Source: an uncultured Gaiellales bacterium
GTDB taxonomy: Bacteria; Actinomycetota; Thermoleophilia; RBG-16-64-13
Direction of reading: 5' to 3'
Assembly: GCA_964423425.1 (NCBI GenBank)
Contig: CAYRES010000004.1
Span: forward strand, 136,256 to 200,255
Length of the DNA stretch: 64,000 nucleotides
The translations under genes and the position numbers were made by a program. Under the pieces are notes generated by a model. The model searched no databases. It had not been told where the DNA came from and saw only the letters and a list, made by a program, of their open reading frames with translations. This document shows positions 20,515 through 29,361 of this stretch, one piece after another (positions within the stretch are counted from its first letter, which is position 1; each line of letters starts with the position of its first letter).

Positions 20515-22202
20515 TGAAGCACGATCTCGAGATTGCTCAGGAAGCCGCTCTTCTGCCCATCGGTGAGGTGGCGGAGAAGCTGGGTCTGGTTCCGGAGGAG
20601 ATCTCTCTTCACGGCAGCCACAAGGCGAAGATACACCTCGACGTGTTCGATTCCCGCCGCGCACAGCCCGACGGCAAGCTGGTGCTGTGTACGGCCATCA
20701 CCCCCACGCCCGCCGGTGAGGGCAAGACCACAACCACGGTGGGCTTGTCCATGGCCCTCAACCGCTTGGGCAAGAGTGCGGTGGCCGCTCTCCGCGAACC
20801 GTCGCTCGGGCCGGTGTTCGGAGTGAAGGGTGGGGCCGCCGGCGGGGGTTACTCGCAGGTCCTGCCCATGGAAGACATCAACCTGCACTTCACCGGGGAT
20901 CTTCACGCGGTGGCCGCGTCTCACAACCTGCTGGGCGCGATGATCGACAATCACCTCTTCCACGGCAACGACCTCGACATCAATCCCGAAGACATCTCTT
21001 GGCCGAGAGTGCTCGATGTGAACGACCGCGCACTGCGCAACATCACCATCTCCCAAGGGGGTGATGGGCCGGAGAGGCGCACGCGTTTCGACATCACGGC
21101 GGCTTCCGAAGTCATGGCCATCCTGTGCTTGTCGCTCGACGTTGAAGACCTGAAGGCAAGGCTCGATCGAGTCATCGTGGCAAGCACCCGGTTCGGGCGC
21201 AAGGTCACCGCGCAGGACGTGCGTGCCTCGGGGGCCATGGCCGTGTTGCTCAAGGATGCCCTGCAGCCCAATCTGGTACAGACCATCGAGAACACGCCCG
21301 CCATCGTGCACGGGGGTCCCTTCGCCAACATCGCCCATGGGTGCAACTCCGCCATGGCCACACGGATGGGGCTGCGCCTGGCTGACTACTGTGTAACCGA
21401 AGCCGGCTTCGGCGCCGATCTGGGGGCGGAGAAGTTCTTCGACATCAAGTGCCGCTCTGCCGGCCTGAAGCCCGACTGCGTGGTACTCGTGGCGACGGTG
21501 AGGGCGCTCAAGTACCATGGGGGCCAAGCGCTGGAACGGGTGGGGGAGCAAGACCTCGAGGCGCTGCGCAAGGGCATGGCGAATCTCAAGAAACACCTGG
21601 AGAACCTGGGCCTGTTCGGGGTTCCGTGCGTGGTGGCCATCAATCCTTTCGCAAGCGACAGCGAGGCCGAATTGGCCTTGTTGAAAGAGGAGGCGTCGGC
21701 GTACGGGGTCCCGGTCGTTGTCTCCGACGTGTTCGCCCGCGGGGGAGAGGGAGGCCTCGAGTTGGGTGCCGAGGTGGTCCGCATCTGCGATAACGGAGCG
21801 GGTACGTCAGCCCCGGAGGAGACGGACGGCGGGTTCCGGTATCTGTACGACCTGGGCCTTTCCCTGCGCGAGAAGGTGGAGATCATCGCCACCCAGATCT
21901 ATGGAGCGGAAGGCGTCGACTACGTGTACGACGCCCGCACGGCCATGGAGAGGTTTGAGCGGATCGGTTACGGTATTCTTCCCATATGCATGGCCAAGAC
22001 GCAGTACTCGTTCACTGATGACCCCGCCAAGCGGGGGAGGCCGCAAGGCTTCCGGCTCACGGTGAGAGAGGTACGGCTCTCGGCCGGGGCACGGATGATC
22101 GTGCCGGTGTGTGGAAAGATGACGACCATGCCGGGGCTGCCGGCTCGACCGGCGGCCGAGCGTATAGATCTACTCGATCACGGTATCGTCGGTCTCTTCT
22201 GA
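20514..22202 (+). CDS. fhs: formate--tetrahydrofolate ligase
   Basis: 562 aa. MKHDLEIAQEA...PIGEVAEKLGL N-terminus, the P-loop TPAGEGKTTTTVGL, and full-length similarity to FTHFS. Confidence 0.97.
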   Translation: MKHDLEIAQEAALLPIGEVAEKLGLVPEEISLHGSHKAKIHLDVFDSRRAQPDGKLVLCTAITPTPAGEGKTTTTVGLSMALNRLGKSAVAALREPSLGPVFGVKGGAAGGGYSQVLPMEDINLHFTGDLHAVAASHNLLGAMIDNHLFHGNDLDINPEDISWPRVLDVNDRALRNITISQGGDGPERRTRFDITAASEVMAILCLSLDVEDLKARLDRVIVASTRFGRKVTAQDVRASGAMAVLLKDALQPNLVQTIENTPAIVHGGPFANIAHGCNSAMATRMGLRLADYCVTEAGFGADLGAEKFFDIKCRSAGLKPDCVVLVATVRALKYHGGQALERVGEQDLEALRKGMANLKKHLENLGLFGVPCVVAINPFASDSEAELALLKEEASAYGVPVVVSDVFARGGEGGLELGAEVVRICDNGAGTSAPEETDGGFRYLYDLGLSLREKVEIIATQIYGAEGVDYVYDARTAMERFERIGYGILPICMAKTQYSFTDDPAKRGRPQGFRLTVREVRLSAGARMIVPVCGKMTTMPGLPARPAAERIDLLDHGIVGLF

Positions 22203-22233
22203 TGCGTCACCTCCTACGCGTTCACATGGTCCA

Positions 22234-24201
22234 GTGAGCAAAGACGGTCACACCGTAATCTTTGAACCGGGTGATATCGCGGTGCCTCTCGTACCCGAAG
22301 GGCAAACGCTGCAACGGGTTGCGCTCGACGCCCGTATCGACGTGGCCTCTCCCTGCGGGGGTGCCGGAGCCTGCGGCCGCTGCAAGGTCGAGGTGTTGTC
22401 GGGCCGGGTCGAGGCGGAACGGTCTGTGCATCTATCGGCCGAGGAGTGGGAGGCCGGGGTGAGACTGGCCTGTCGCTGCGTGGTCCGGGGCGACGCCGAG
22501 GTACGTGTGCCGCCCGGCTCTCGGGTGGAAGGGTCGGGGCCGCTTCAGCACACACTGGCGGGCGATCAACCCGGGACGACGCTTGCCGCTCGTGACCCAG
22601 TTCCTCCGCTCGCTCCCGGCGAACTCACGCCGGTGGGGCACAAGGTGACCCTTGAGCTTCCGCCCCCCTCCGAGCGCGACAATCTGAACGACCTGGCCCG
22701 CTTCAAGCGAGCTCTGCGCAACCAGTACGGCCTCACCGGGGTGTCGGTGGACTCCATCTGGGTGCGCAACATGCCGGCGGTACTGCGAGAAGAGAACTGG
22801 CTGGTCACGGCCACACTTGTGGAGACGCCCTATGGCCACAAGGTGATCAACATCGAGCCCGGAGCACAGTCGGAGGAGTCGTTCTGCGTGGCACTCGATA
22901 TCGGCACGACCACGGTATGGGGCGAACTGCTCGATATGAACAGCGGGGAGGTGTTGGCTCAGTCCTCCTCCTACAACCGGCAGATCCGCTTCGGTGAGGA
23001 CGTGATCAGCCGGATCATCTACGCCTCCGATGTGGAGAGCCGCGAGCATCTCCAGAACGCCGTGGTCGAGACCATCAACATCATCATCGACGACATGGTA
23101 GCCGCCGCCGGCATCGTTCGCTCCAAGATCGCCCATATCCAGGCGGCCGGCAACACCGCCATGACCTGCTTCGTCCTCGGCATCGACCCCCGCTATCTTC
23201 GCCTCGCCCCGTATGTGCCGCCGGTGGACTTCGTGGCGCCGGTGCGGGCGGTAAACCTGGGGGACGGCGTTCGCGTGGGCCGTCATTGCCACATGTACTG
23301 TTTCCCGGCGGTGGCGAGCTACGTGGGGGGCGACATAGTGGCGGGTATCGCCGGCTCGGGGGTGTCGACGACCGAGATGATCACCCTCTACATCGATGTG
23401 GGCACCAACGGTGAGGTGGTCATCGGTAACCGCGAGTGGCTGATCGCCGCCTCCTGTTCGGCCGGTCCGGCTTTCGAGGGTGGTGGAATCGCCTGTGGGG
23501 TGAGGGCCACCGCAGGCGCGGTCGAGAGCGTGCGGGTGGATCCGGTGTCCCATGCGCCTTCGGTGGCGGTCATCGGTGATAGGCCGGCCTTGGGCATCTG
23601 TGGATCGGGCATCATCGATGCGGTTGCCGAGCTGCTGCGGACGGGAGTCATCGGGCAAGATGGGCGCTTCCGGCACGAAGCCGGAGGCCACGTACGTATG
23701 AACGAGGGCAGGCCGGAGTACGTGCTCGTTCCCTCCGCGTACACGGCCAACGGAGCCGACATCATCGTGAGCGAGAGCGACATCGAGAATGTCATGCGGG
23801 CGAAGGCGTCGATCTTCGCCGGCATCCAGACCCTGCTCGACAGCGTGACCCTGGAATGGGGCGATCTCGAGCAGATCGTCATTGCCGGCGGCTTCGGCCG
23901 CTCGCTGCGCATTGAACAGGCTCAGATCATCGGCCTCTTTCCCGAGGTGGATCGAGACAAGTTCATCTTCATCGGTAATGGGTCGTTGTTGGGCGCCCGC
24001 CGGGCCTCATTCTCCAAGAATGTGTTGAAGTCGGCCCATCAGGTCGCGCAGATGATGACCAACATCGAGCTCAGTGACAACCAGTCCTTCTACGATAACT
24101 ACATGGCCGCTCTGTTTCTTCCACACACTGACCTCAGGCTGTTCCCGCGCATGCAGAGCCTGCTGGCGACGGTGGGGAAGGACGGAGAAGAGCAGGCATG
24201 A
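22234..24201 (+). CDS. acsV: corrinoid activation/regeneration protein (RACo-type: N-terminal [2Fe-2S] ferredoxin + ASKHA ATPase)
   Basis: N-terminal plant-type ferredoxin motif CGGAGACGRCKV...LACRC followed by an ASKHA fold (ALDIGTTTVWG, DVGTNGEV, GGFG). 655 aa, as expected for RACo proteins. Confidence 0.88.
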   Translation: MSKDGHTVIFEPGDIAVPLVPEGQTLQRVALDARIDVASPCGGAGACGRCKVEVLSGRVEAERSVHLSAEEWEAGVRLACRCVVRGDAEVRVPPGSRVEGSGPLQHTLAGDQPGTTLAARDPVPPLAPGELTPVGHKVTLELPPPSERDNLNDLARFKRALRNQYGLTGVSVDSIWVRNMPAVLREENWLVTATLVETPYGHKVINIEPGAQSEESFCVALDIGTTTVWGELLDMNSGEVLAQSSSYNRQIRFGEDVISRIIYASDVESREHLQNAVVETINIIIDDMVAAAGIVRSKIAHIQAAGNTAMTCFVLGIDPRYLRLAPYVPPVDFVAPVRAVNLGDGVRVGRHCHMYCFPAVASYVGGDIVAGIAGSGVSTTEMITLYIDVGTNGEVVIGNREWLIAASCSAGPAFEGGGIACGVRATAGAVESVRVDPVSHAPSVAVIGDRPALGICGSGIIDAVAELLRTGVIGQDGRFRHEAGGHVRMNEGRPEYVLVPSAYTANGADIIVSESDIENVMRAKASIFAGIQTLLDSVTLEWGDLEQIVIAGGFGRSLRIEQAQIIGLFPEVDRDKFIFIGNGSLLGARRASFSKNVLKSAHQVAQMMTNIELSDNQSFYDNYMAALFLPHTDLRLFPRMQSLLATVGKDGEEQA

Positions 24202-24340
24202 CGGCGCACTGTGTTTCAAGGCGGGTGCTGGGCTCAGATGAGGGAATTCGAGCCGACGGAAGAGGCGTGGGCGTCAAGGGGAGCGCGGGCAGGGTTATCA
24301 GTCGATGGTCATGTCGGCCGAGAGCGAGGAGAGGTAATCC

Positions 24341-24964
24341 GTGGTCAAGGGTACGCTGAGAGAGTTCTTGGATGCATTGGCCTCACGGGCGCCTGTTCCC
24401 GGTGGCGGAAGTGCGGCTGCTCTGGTAGGAGCGCTCGGCGCTGCACTGACGAGTATGGTGGCTGCCTTGACGGTCGATTCGCCTGCCTACGCCGATGTGG
24501 CGGCGTCCATGAAGGTGCTTCTCGGGCGTTCCGAGGCTCTGCGGGAGGAGCTTCAGTCACTGGTGGAGCAAGATTCACGTGCCTATGGGGGAGTAGCGGC
24601 CGCCTTCAGGATGCCGAAGTCCACGGCGGCGGAGGAAGAGGCGAGAGGCCAAGCGCTACAGCAGGCGCTCGTGGGTGCCACCGAGACTCCCCTTCAGGTG
24701 CAACGTGCGGCCTACACTGTGGCTGAGTTGGCGGCAAGGGCGGCGGAGCAGGGTAACCGGAACGTGGTGAGCGACGCCGGCGTGGCTGCGCTCCTCGCCG
24801 AGGCCGCATGCCGGGCGGCCGCCCTTAATGTGCGGATAAACACGCCCTATCTCGCCGACGGGGCTGCGGCCCAGGCATATCGGGCCGAGGCGGACGAGTT
24901 GGTGAAGAGCACGAGTCGGCTCGCAGCCGAGGCCCTCGCTCTCACCGACGAGGTGCTTGAGTGA
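24341..24964 (+). CDS. fchA: cyclodeaminase/cyclohydrolase family protein (FchA-type methenyl-THF cyclohydrolase)
   Basis: 207-aa all-helical protein with LREFLDALASRAPVPGGGSAAALVGALGAAL, the hallmark N-terminus of the FTCD C-terminal/Fch family. Confidence 0.85.
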   Translation: MVKGTLREFLDALASRAPVPGGGSAAALVGALGAALTSMVAALTVDSPAYADVAASMKVLLGRSEALREELQSLVEQDSRAYGGVAAAFRMPKSTAAEEEARGQALQQALVGATETPLQVQRAAYTVAELAARAAEQGNRNVVSDAGVAALLAEAACRAAALNVRINTPYLADGAAAQAYRAEADELVKSTSRLAAEALALTDEVLE

Positions 24965-25085
24965 CCGATCTGAGGAGTGGCGGATTGGGGAGGTCGGGTC
25001 GATCGGCCTGCAGGCCTCGGCGGAGAAGTGGGCTGCATGAAGGCGTGCACAAGAGGAGTCTGCGGAGCGTGGGGAAGGAGCGCGC

Positions 25086-26066
25086 ATGACGGCGCTGTTG
25101 ATAGACGGAAGAGCGGTGTCCATGCAGCTGCGGCAAGAACTCACCGCTGAGCTGGAGCACCTTGCCACCATGGGGATAGTACCGAGTCTAGCCACGATAC
25201 ATGTGGGCGGGGATGCCGGTGCAGCAGTGTACCAGCAGGCCTTACAGGCATACTGCGAGAAGTTGGGTCTGGGGTACAGGCATGTGGCCTTTCCTTCCCA
25301 GGCAGAAGCGGGCGAGGTACTCGCCTGCGTGCGTGAACTGAACGCGAATGAAGAGGTCTCGGGAGTGCTCCCCCTGCGTCCCTTCCCCGACGTGTCCTTG
25401 GAGCGTGAAGTTCTCGCGGCGCTCGATGTGCGAAAAGATGTCGATTGCCTCCACCCTTGGTCGTTGGGCGAACTGGCACTGGGTCGCCCCACCTTCGTAT
25501 CCGCCACCCCAGCGGCCTGCATGGAACTCCTGGATCATCATCTGCGCCTTCAGGGCCTCGACCCCGATACCGGGTTTGAGGGGGCGTCGTTCTGTGTGGT
25601 CGGCCGTTCGAGCAGTGTGGGTAGGCCTCTGGCTCTTCTGGCCCTCAACCGCAATGCCACGGTGACTATCGTGCACACGGGCACGGGCAGAGCCGGCACA
25701 CTCGCGACGCATACTTCCGGCGCCGATTACTTGGTGGTGGCGGCGGGAGTGCCCGGCTTCATCGGTGCAGAACACGTGAAGCCCGGTTCCGTCGTGCTCG
25801 ATGTGGGCATCAATCAAGTGTGGTCGTGCCCTCATTGCGGCTACGCCGACCGGAATCCGGAGGGTCCCTGTGCCCGTTGCGGCGGCGACCTCGATGGAGC
25901 CGAGTCGTCAATCGTGGGCGACGTGAGATTCGATGAAGTTAGGGAGAAAGCGGCCGCTGTGAGCCCGGTTCCCGGTGGTGTGGGCGCAGTGACCAACGCC
26001 ATGCTGGCGCGAAACGTCATCCGGGCGGCTGCCGCCCTCCGCCGGGCCGGAGAACGGGAGGGTTGA
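25086..26066 (+). CDS. folD: FolD-family methylene-THF dehydrogenase (atypical: no YxxxK lysine, 4-Cys insertion)
   Basis: IDGRAV..., DVD(C)LHP, VVGRSSSVGRPLALLL, VLDVGIN...GDV and SPVPGGVGAVT motifs. 326 aa versus ~285 for typical FolD. See findings. Confidence 0.88.
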   Translation: MTALLIDGRAVSMQLRQELTAELEHLATMGIVPSLATIHVGGDAGAAVYQQALQAYCEKLGLGYRHVAFPSQAEAGEVLACVRELNANEEVSGVLPLRPFPDVSLEREVLAALDVRKDVDCLHPWSLGELALGRPTFVSATPAACMELLDHHLRLQGLDPDTGFEGASFCVVGRSSSVGRPLALLALNRNATVTIVHTGTGRAGTLATHTSGADYLVVAAGVPGFIGAEHVKPGSVVLDVGINQVWSCPHCGYADRNPEGPCARCGGDLDGAESSIVGDVRFDEVREKAAAVSPVPGGVGAVTNAMLARNVIRAAAALRRAGEREG

Positions 26067-26082
26067 GGGTGCAGAGCACGTC

Positions 26083-27042
26083 GTGCGGAGCAGGGAGGAT
26101 TGGGTAGTGAGCTTCGAGCCTTCCGGGGAAAGGTACAAGGGTCGGATTCGTGAGGTGCGGTTCGCCGGCTTGGTCCTGGGGGGAGAGGAAGCCTTTCCCT
26201 TCCACTACTTCGACGGCGCCATGCCGCATGTGCCCGCAGTGGGCTTCGAGGTGTGGGACACGCGTCCAGAGGAGTGGCCGCCGGCGCTGATGGACGCCTA
26301 CGGTGAGGCGCTCGCCGATCCTCTCGCCTGGACACGCAAGGTGGTGGAGGAGTTCGGCGCCGAAGCTCTGTATCTACGGCTCATGAGTGCCGATCCGCAC
26401 GGAGAGAATCGGCCCCTCGACGAGGTCGTGACCGGTGCCGTCCGAGTAGTGGCCTCAGCCAGGGTGCCGGTCATCGTCTCCGGCCCCGGCGACCCCGACA
26501 CCGACGTGGAAGTGCTACAGGCGGTGGCAGAGGCGCTGAAGGACACTCCGGTTCTCCTTGCTTCGGCTGAGGAGTCCAACTACCGGGCTGTTGGTGCTGC
26601 CGCCCTGGCATACGGCCATGGTGTGGTGGCTTTCAGCCCCATCGATGTGAACCTCGCCAAGCAACTCAACGTACTCTTGGCCCGCCTGGGCGTATCCGAG
26701 GACCGGATTCTCATGGATCCCACCTCGGGAGCTCTGGGATACGGACTCGAATACTCCTATACCGTGTTCGAACGGAGCCGGCTCGCCGCGCTCACCCAGA
26801 ACGACACCGCCATGCAGGCTCCTATCGTCGCTGTGGTCGGTCCCGATGCCTGGAAGGTCAAGGAGGCGAGGGCGGGCCGTGAAGAGCTCCCGGGCACGGG
26901 TGACCCCGAGCTCCGAGCCGTCATGTGGGAGGCACTCACTGCCGTGCCTCTGATGCTGGCGGGCGCTGAGCTCCTCATCGTCCGACATCCCCGGTCCGCG
27001 TGGCTGGTGCGCGAGGTTGCCGGTTTGATGGCTGGGGAGTAG
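26083..27042 (+). CDS. acsD: corrinoid/iron-sulfur protein small subunit (AcsD/CdhD family)
   Basis: 319 aa with TIM-barrel CdhD/AcsD-type sequence (YLRLMSADPHG, DPTSGALGYGLEYSY). Sits next to acsB and acsC. Confidence 0.9.
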   Translation: MRSREDWVVSFEPSGERYKGRIREVRFAGLVLGGEEAFPFHYFDGAMPHVPAVGFEVWDTRPEEWPPALMDAYGEALADPLAWTRKVVEEFGAEALYLRLMSADPHGENRPLDEVVTGAVRVVASARVPVIVSGPGDPDTDVEVLQAVAEALKDTPVLLASAEESNYRAVGAAALAYGHGVVAFSPIDVNLAKQLNVLLARLGVSEDRILMDPTSGALGYGLEYSYTVFERSRLAALTQNDTAMQAPIVAVVGPDAWKVKEARAGREELPGTGDPELRAVMWEALTAVPLMLAGAELLIVRHPRSAWLVREVAGLMAGE

Positions 27043-27046
27043 ACCG

Positions 27047-29242
27047 GTGCCCTGTCTTGCCGAACAGGGCACGTGCCTTTCGACAGGGGGTGGCGCTGGG
27101 GTACTTTACGCTCTTCTCGAACAGGCACGCCTCTGCCTTGACGAGTTCGAGTCAGCACCACCTACAGCGTCTGAAGCCGGCCCTGTGACCCACACGGAGT
27201 TCCTGCCGGTGGCTTCGGCAGTCTCGGGGATCGAGATTCGGACTCCCGGTGACGCGGAGAAGGCGCTCTCCCAGCTGGAGAGAAGAGCGAGACGTTCGCT
27301 TGACCGGGGAGCTTTGAATCGGGTCCGGGAGAGGGACTTTGATGGATGCGACGAGCGCCTGGGCCTGGTGGGTCTGGCGGCTGCCGAGATCATCGCGGCC
27401 GCATGGGTTGGCCGCGGCGCTGTGCGGGAAGCTGGATGTGGGTCGGAAGCGGGAGATCGGTGGGAACCGGGACTCCTCGACGACCGCCTGGTGCGGTCGT
27501 GGACCATGGAGCTCCTGCAGGGCAGGAAGGCCGGAACCGCACTTCTCATCGGTGAGGCCGCGCGGGGCGACGGTGGAGCGGCCGTCGCCCGTGCTCTCAG
27601 GGCGGCGTCACTCATCGTGTTCTCGGCCGCCCCCTGCAGTTCCCTGTTTGACCCGGGGCCGAGCCGAGAGCCGGGCGGGAGGTCCCCGAGCCGGAGTGAA
27701 GCTTTCTTCGCCGGCTTCGCTCTGCGCTTCGCCGCCCTTGCCGGTGGCCCAGCGGCGTTTGGCCCAGCGGCCCTGGCGGCGTGGATGCGAGGGCGGGCGC
27801 CCTTCTTCGCGCTACTTCTCGGTCCTGTGGGCGACAGGGAAGCTCTTCTTCTTTCGGGACTCCACAGTCTGGGCATTCCCATCATCCGGCGTGACGCGAT
27901 CGGGCCGCTCGGTAGGGGCGAGTGCCCGGGCGAGGAGCGCAGCAGCACACCCAACTCGTGGGTGCGTTCTGTGCTGCGGGAGGGCGGCATCCAGGTGCCT
28001 GTCGACCCACCGCGTATGCCGGTGGCCTGCGGCCCCGAGTTCGGGGGGGAGCGCGTGGTCGGAAGGGAGGTGTGCTGGCAACTCGGTTCTCCGCACTGCA
28101 ACGGGGTGGAAGTCGTGATCGTATCGCGGAACGTGGGCGAGGATGGAGTGAGGCTGATACCCACCGGTGCGGACAGGGAGATCGCTGCCGGTGCCCGGCT
28201 GCCGCTGGGTCTCATGGTGGAAGTGTCGGGCAGAGAGATGCACGACGACTTCGCTCCGCTCATGGAGCGCCGACTGCACGAAATCCTGAATTCCGTGCGT
28301 GGCCTCGTACACATGGGAGGCAGAGATGATACAGGCCTCGTCGTCTCCCACGACTCCTGGGCGGCCGGACTGACGCTGGAGCATGTGGCCCTGTATGTTC
28401 ACGCACGACTGCACTCCCTCTTTGCGCCTGTCGTCGACTGCATCCGGGTCACCGCCACGACGGAGGGCCGCGCAGTGGAAGAGCTCGCCGGCCGGGCGCG
28501 CACATTGTTCGAGAAGCGCGACCGCCGCGCGTGCTCCCTCCGAGACGAGGACGTGGACGAGTTCTATTCGTGCGCCATCTGCCAGAGCATCGTTCCGTTC
28601 CACGTGTGCGTGCTGAGCCCGGAGCGTCCCGGCCCCTGCGGATGCTTTACGTGGGTAGACGCGCGTGCCGGCTATCGCCTCGACCCTACCGGTCCCCACC
28701 GGCCCATATCGAAGGGGGTGGTGCTCGATGCGAGGCTTGGCAGATTCGCCGGGGTCGATTCCTTCCTGCACCGGGCTTCTCAAGGGCGGGTGAATGCAGC
28801 GGGCTTGTATTCCCTCATGCATGATCCGGTGAGTTCCTGTGCCTGTTTCGAGCTTGTGACCGGGATCCTGCCGGCGTGCGGCGGGGTTATGGTGGTGGGC
28901 TCACGTGACGAGGGGCCTACCCCAATCGGTCTCAGCCTGTCCGAGCTCCGGGAGATCGTGGGCGGGGGAACCTCCACGCCGGGTTGTGTGGGTCACTCCA
29001 AGCGTTACCTGGTGAGCCGGAAGTATCTGGCCGCCGAGGGGGGCATCGCGAGGGTGGTGTGGATGCCGGAACGCCTGAAGAACGAGATGGCTCGGGCGTT
29101 GGAAGAGGCCGCAGGAAGGGCCGGATGCGCCGGGCTTCTGGAGAAGATCGCCACCGAGGCGGTCACGGTGGAGGAAGCCGAACTTCGGGCCTATCTGGAG
29201 CACGTGCAGCACCCGGCCCTCACGATGCCGCCTCTGTTGTGA
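27047..29242 (+). CDS. acsB: acetyl-CoA synthase catalytic subunit (AcsB / CODH-ACS beta, A-cluster protein)
   Basis: A-cluster motifs FYSCAICQSIVPFHVCVLSPERPGPCG and SSCACFE, then GGGTSTPG, GGIARVVWMP and a C-terminal HPALTMPPLL, all colinear with Moorella AcsB as I recall it. The N-terminal ~300 aa are diverged but retain AAEIIAA and ALLIGEA-type blocks. GTG start at 27047 is uncertain. Confidence 0.92.
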   Translation: MPCLAEQGTCLSTGGGAGVLYALLEQARLCLDEFESAPPTASEAGPVTHTEFLPVASAVSGIEIRTPGDAEKALSQLERRARRSLDRGALNRVRERDFDGCDERLGLVGLAAAEIIAAAWVGRGAVREAGCGSEAGDRWEPGLLDDRLVRSWTMELLQGRKAGTALLIGEAARGDGGAAVARALRAASLIVFSAAPCSSLFDPGPSREPGGRSPSRSEAFFAGFALRFAALAGGPAAFGPAALAAWMRGRAPFFALLLGPVGDREALLLSGLHSLGIPIIRRDAIGPLGRGECPGEERSSTPNSWVRSVLREGGIQVPVDPPRMPVACGPEFGGERVVGREVCWQLGSPHCNGVEVVIVSRNVGEDGVRLIPTGADREIAAGARLPLGLMVEVSGREMHDDFAPLMERRLHEILNSVRGLVHMGGRDDTGLVVSHDSWAAGLTLEHVALYVHARLHSLFAPVVDCIRVTATTEGRAVEELAGRARTLFEKRDRRACSLRDEDVDEFYSCAICQSIVPFHVCVLSPERPGPCGCFTWVDARAGYRLDPTGPHRPISKGVVLDARLGRFAGVDSFLHRASQGRVNAAGLYSLMHDPVSSCACFELVTGILPACGGVMVVGSRDEGPTPIGLSLSELREIVGGGTSTPGCVGHSKRYLVSRKYLAAEGGIARVVWMPERLKNEMARALEEAAGRAGCAGLLEKIATEAVTVEEAELRAYLEHVQHPALTMPPLL

Positions 29243-29361
29243 GGGGTGGACACCCCGGGCGAACTGTGGCTTCCGGTGTGGCGGACGGCAGGACGTCCTA
29301 GTTCCCGCCCTCACGGTCGGCTATCCTTGGGGGAGGAGATGGAACGAGAAAGGAGACCGCC

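Noticed and set aside
24965-25085. THF or cobalamin riboswitches in the internal spacers of the WL cluster (24202-24340, 24965-25085, 29243-29361).
   Set aside because: The spacers are 119-139 nt, and I saw no recognisable THF-riboswitch or B12-box (cobalamin riboswitch) sequence. They look like ordinary inter-cistronic regions with Shine-Dalgarno sequences.
27106-28314. Alternative ORFs (402 aa on the minus strand; 259 aa at 27339-28118 on the plus strand) covering the odd, Ala/Arg-rich N-terminal third of acsB. I considered that the acsB N-terminus might be mis-called or that another gene sits here.
   Set aside because: The acsB frame keeps short blocks colinear with the ACS N-terminal domain (AAEIIAA, WEPGLLDDRLVR, TALLIGEA, GIPIIRRD) and runs uninterrupted into the unmistakable A-cluster domain. 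The competing frames have no motifs.
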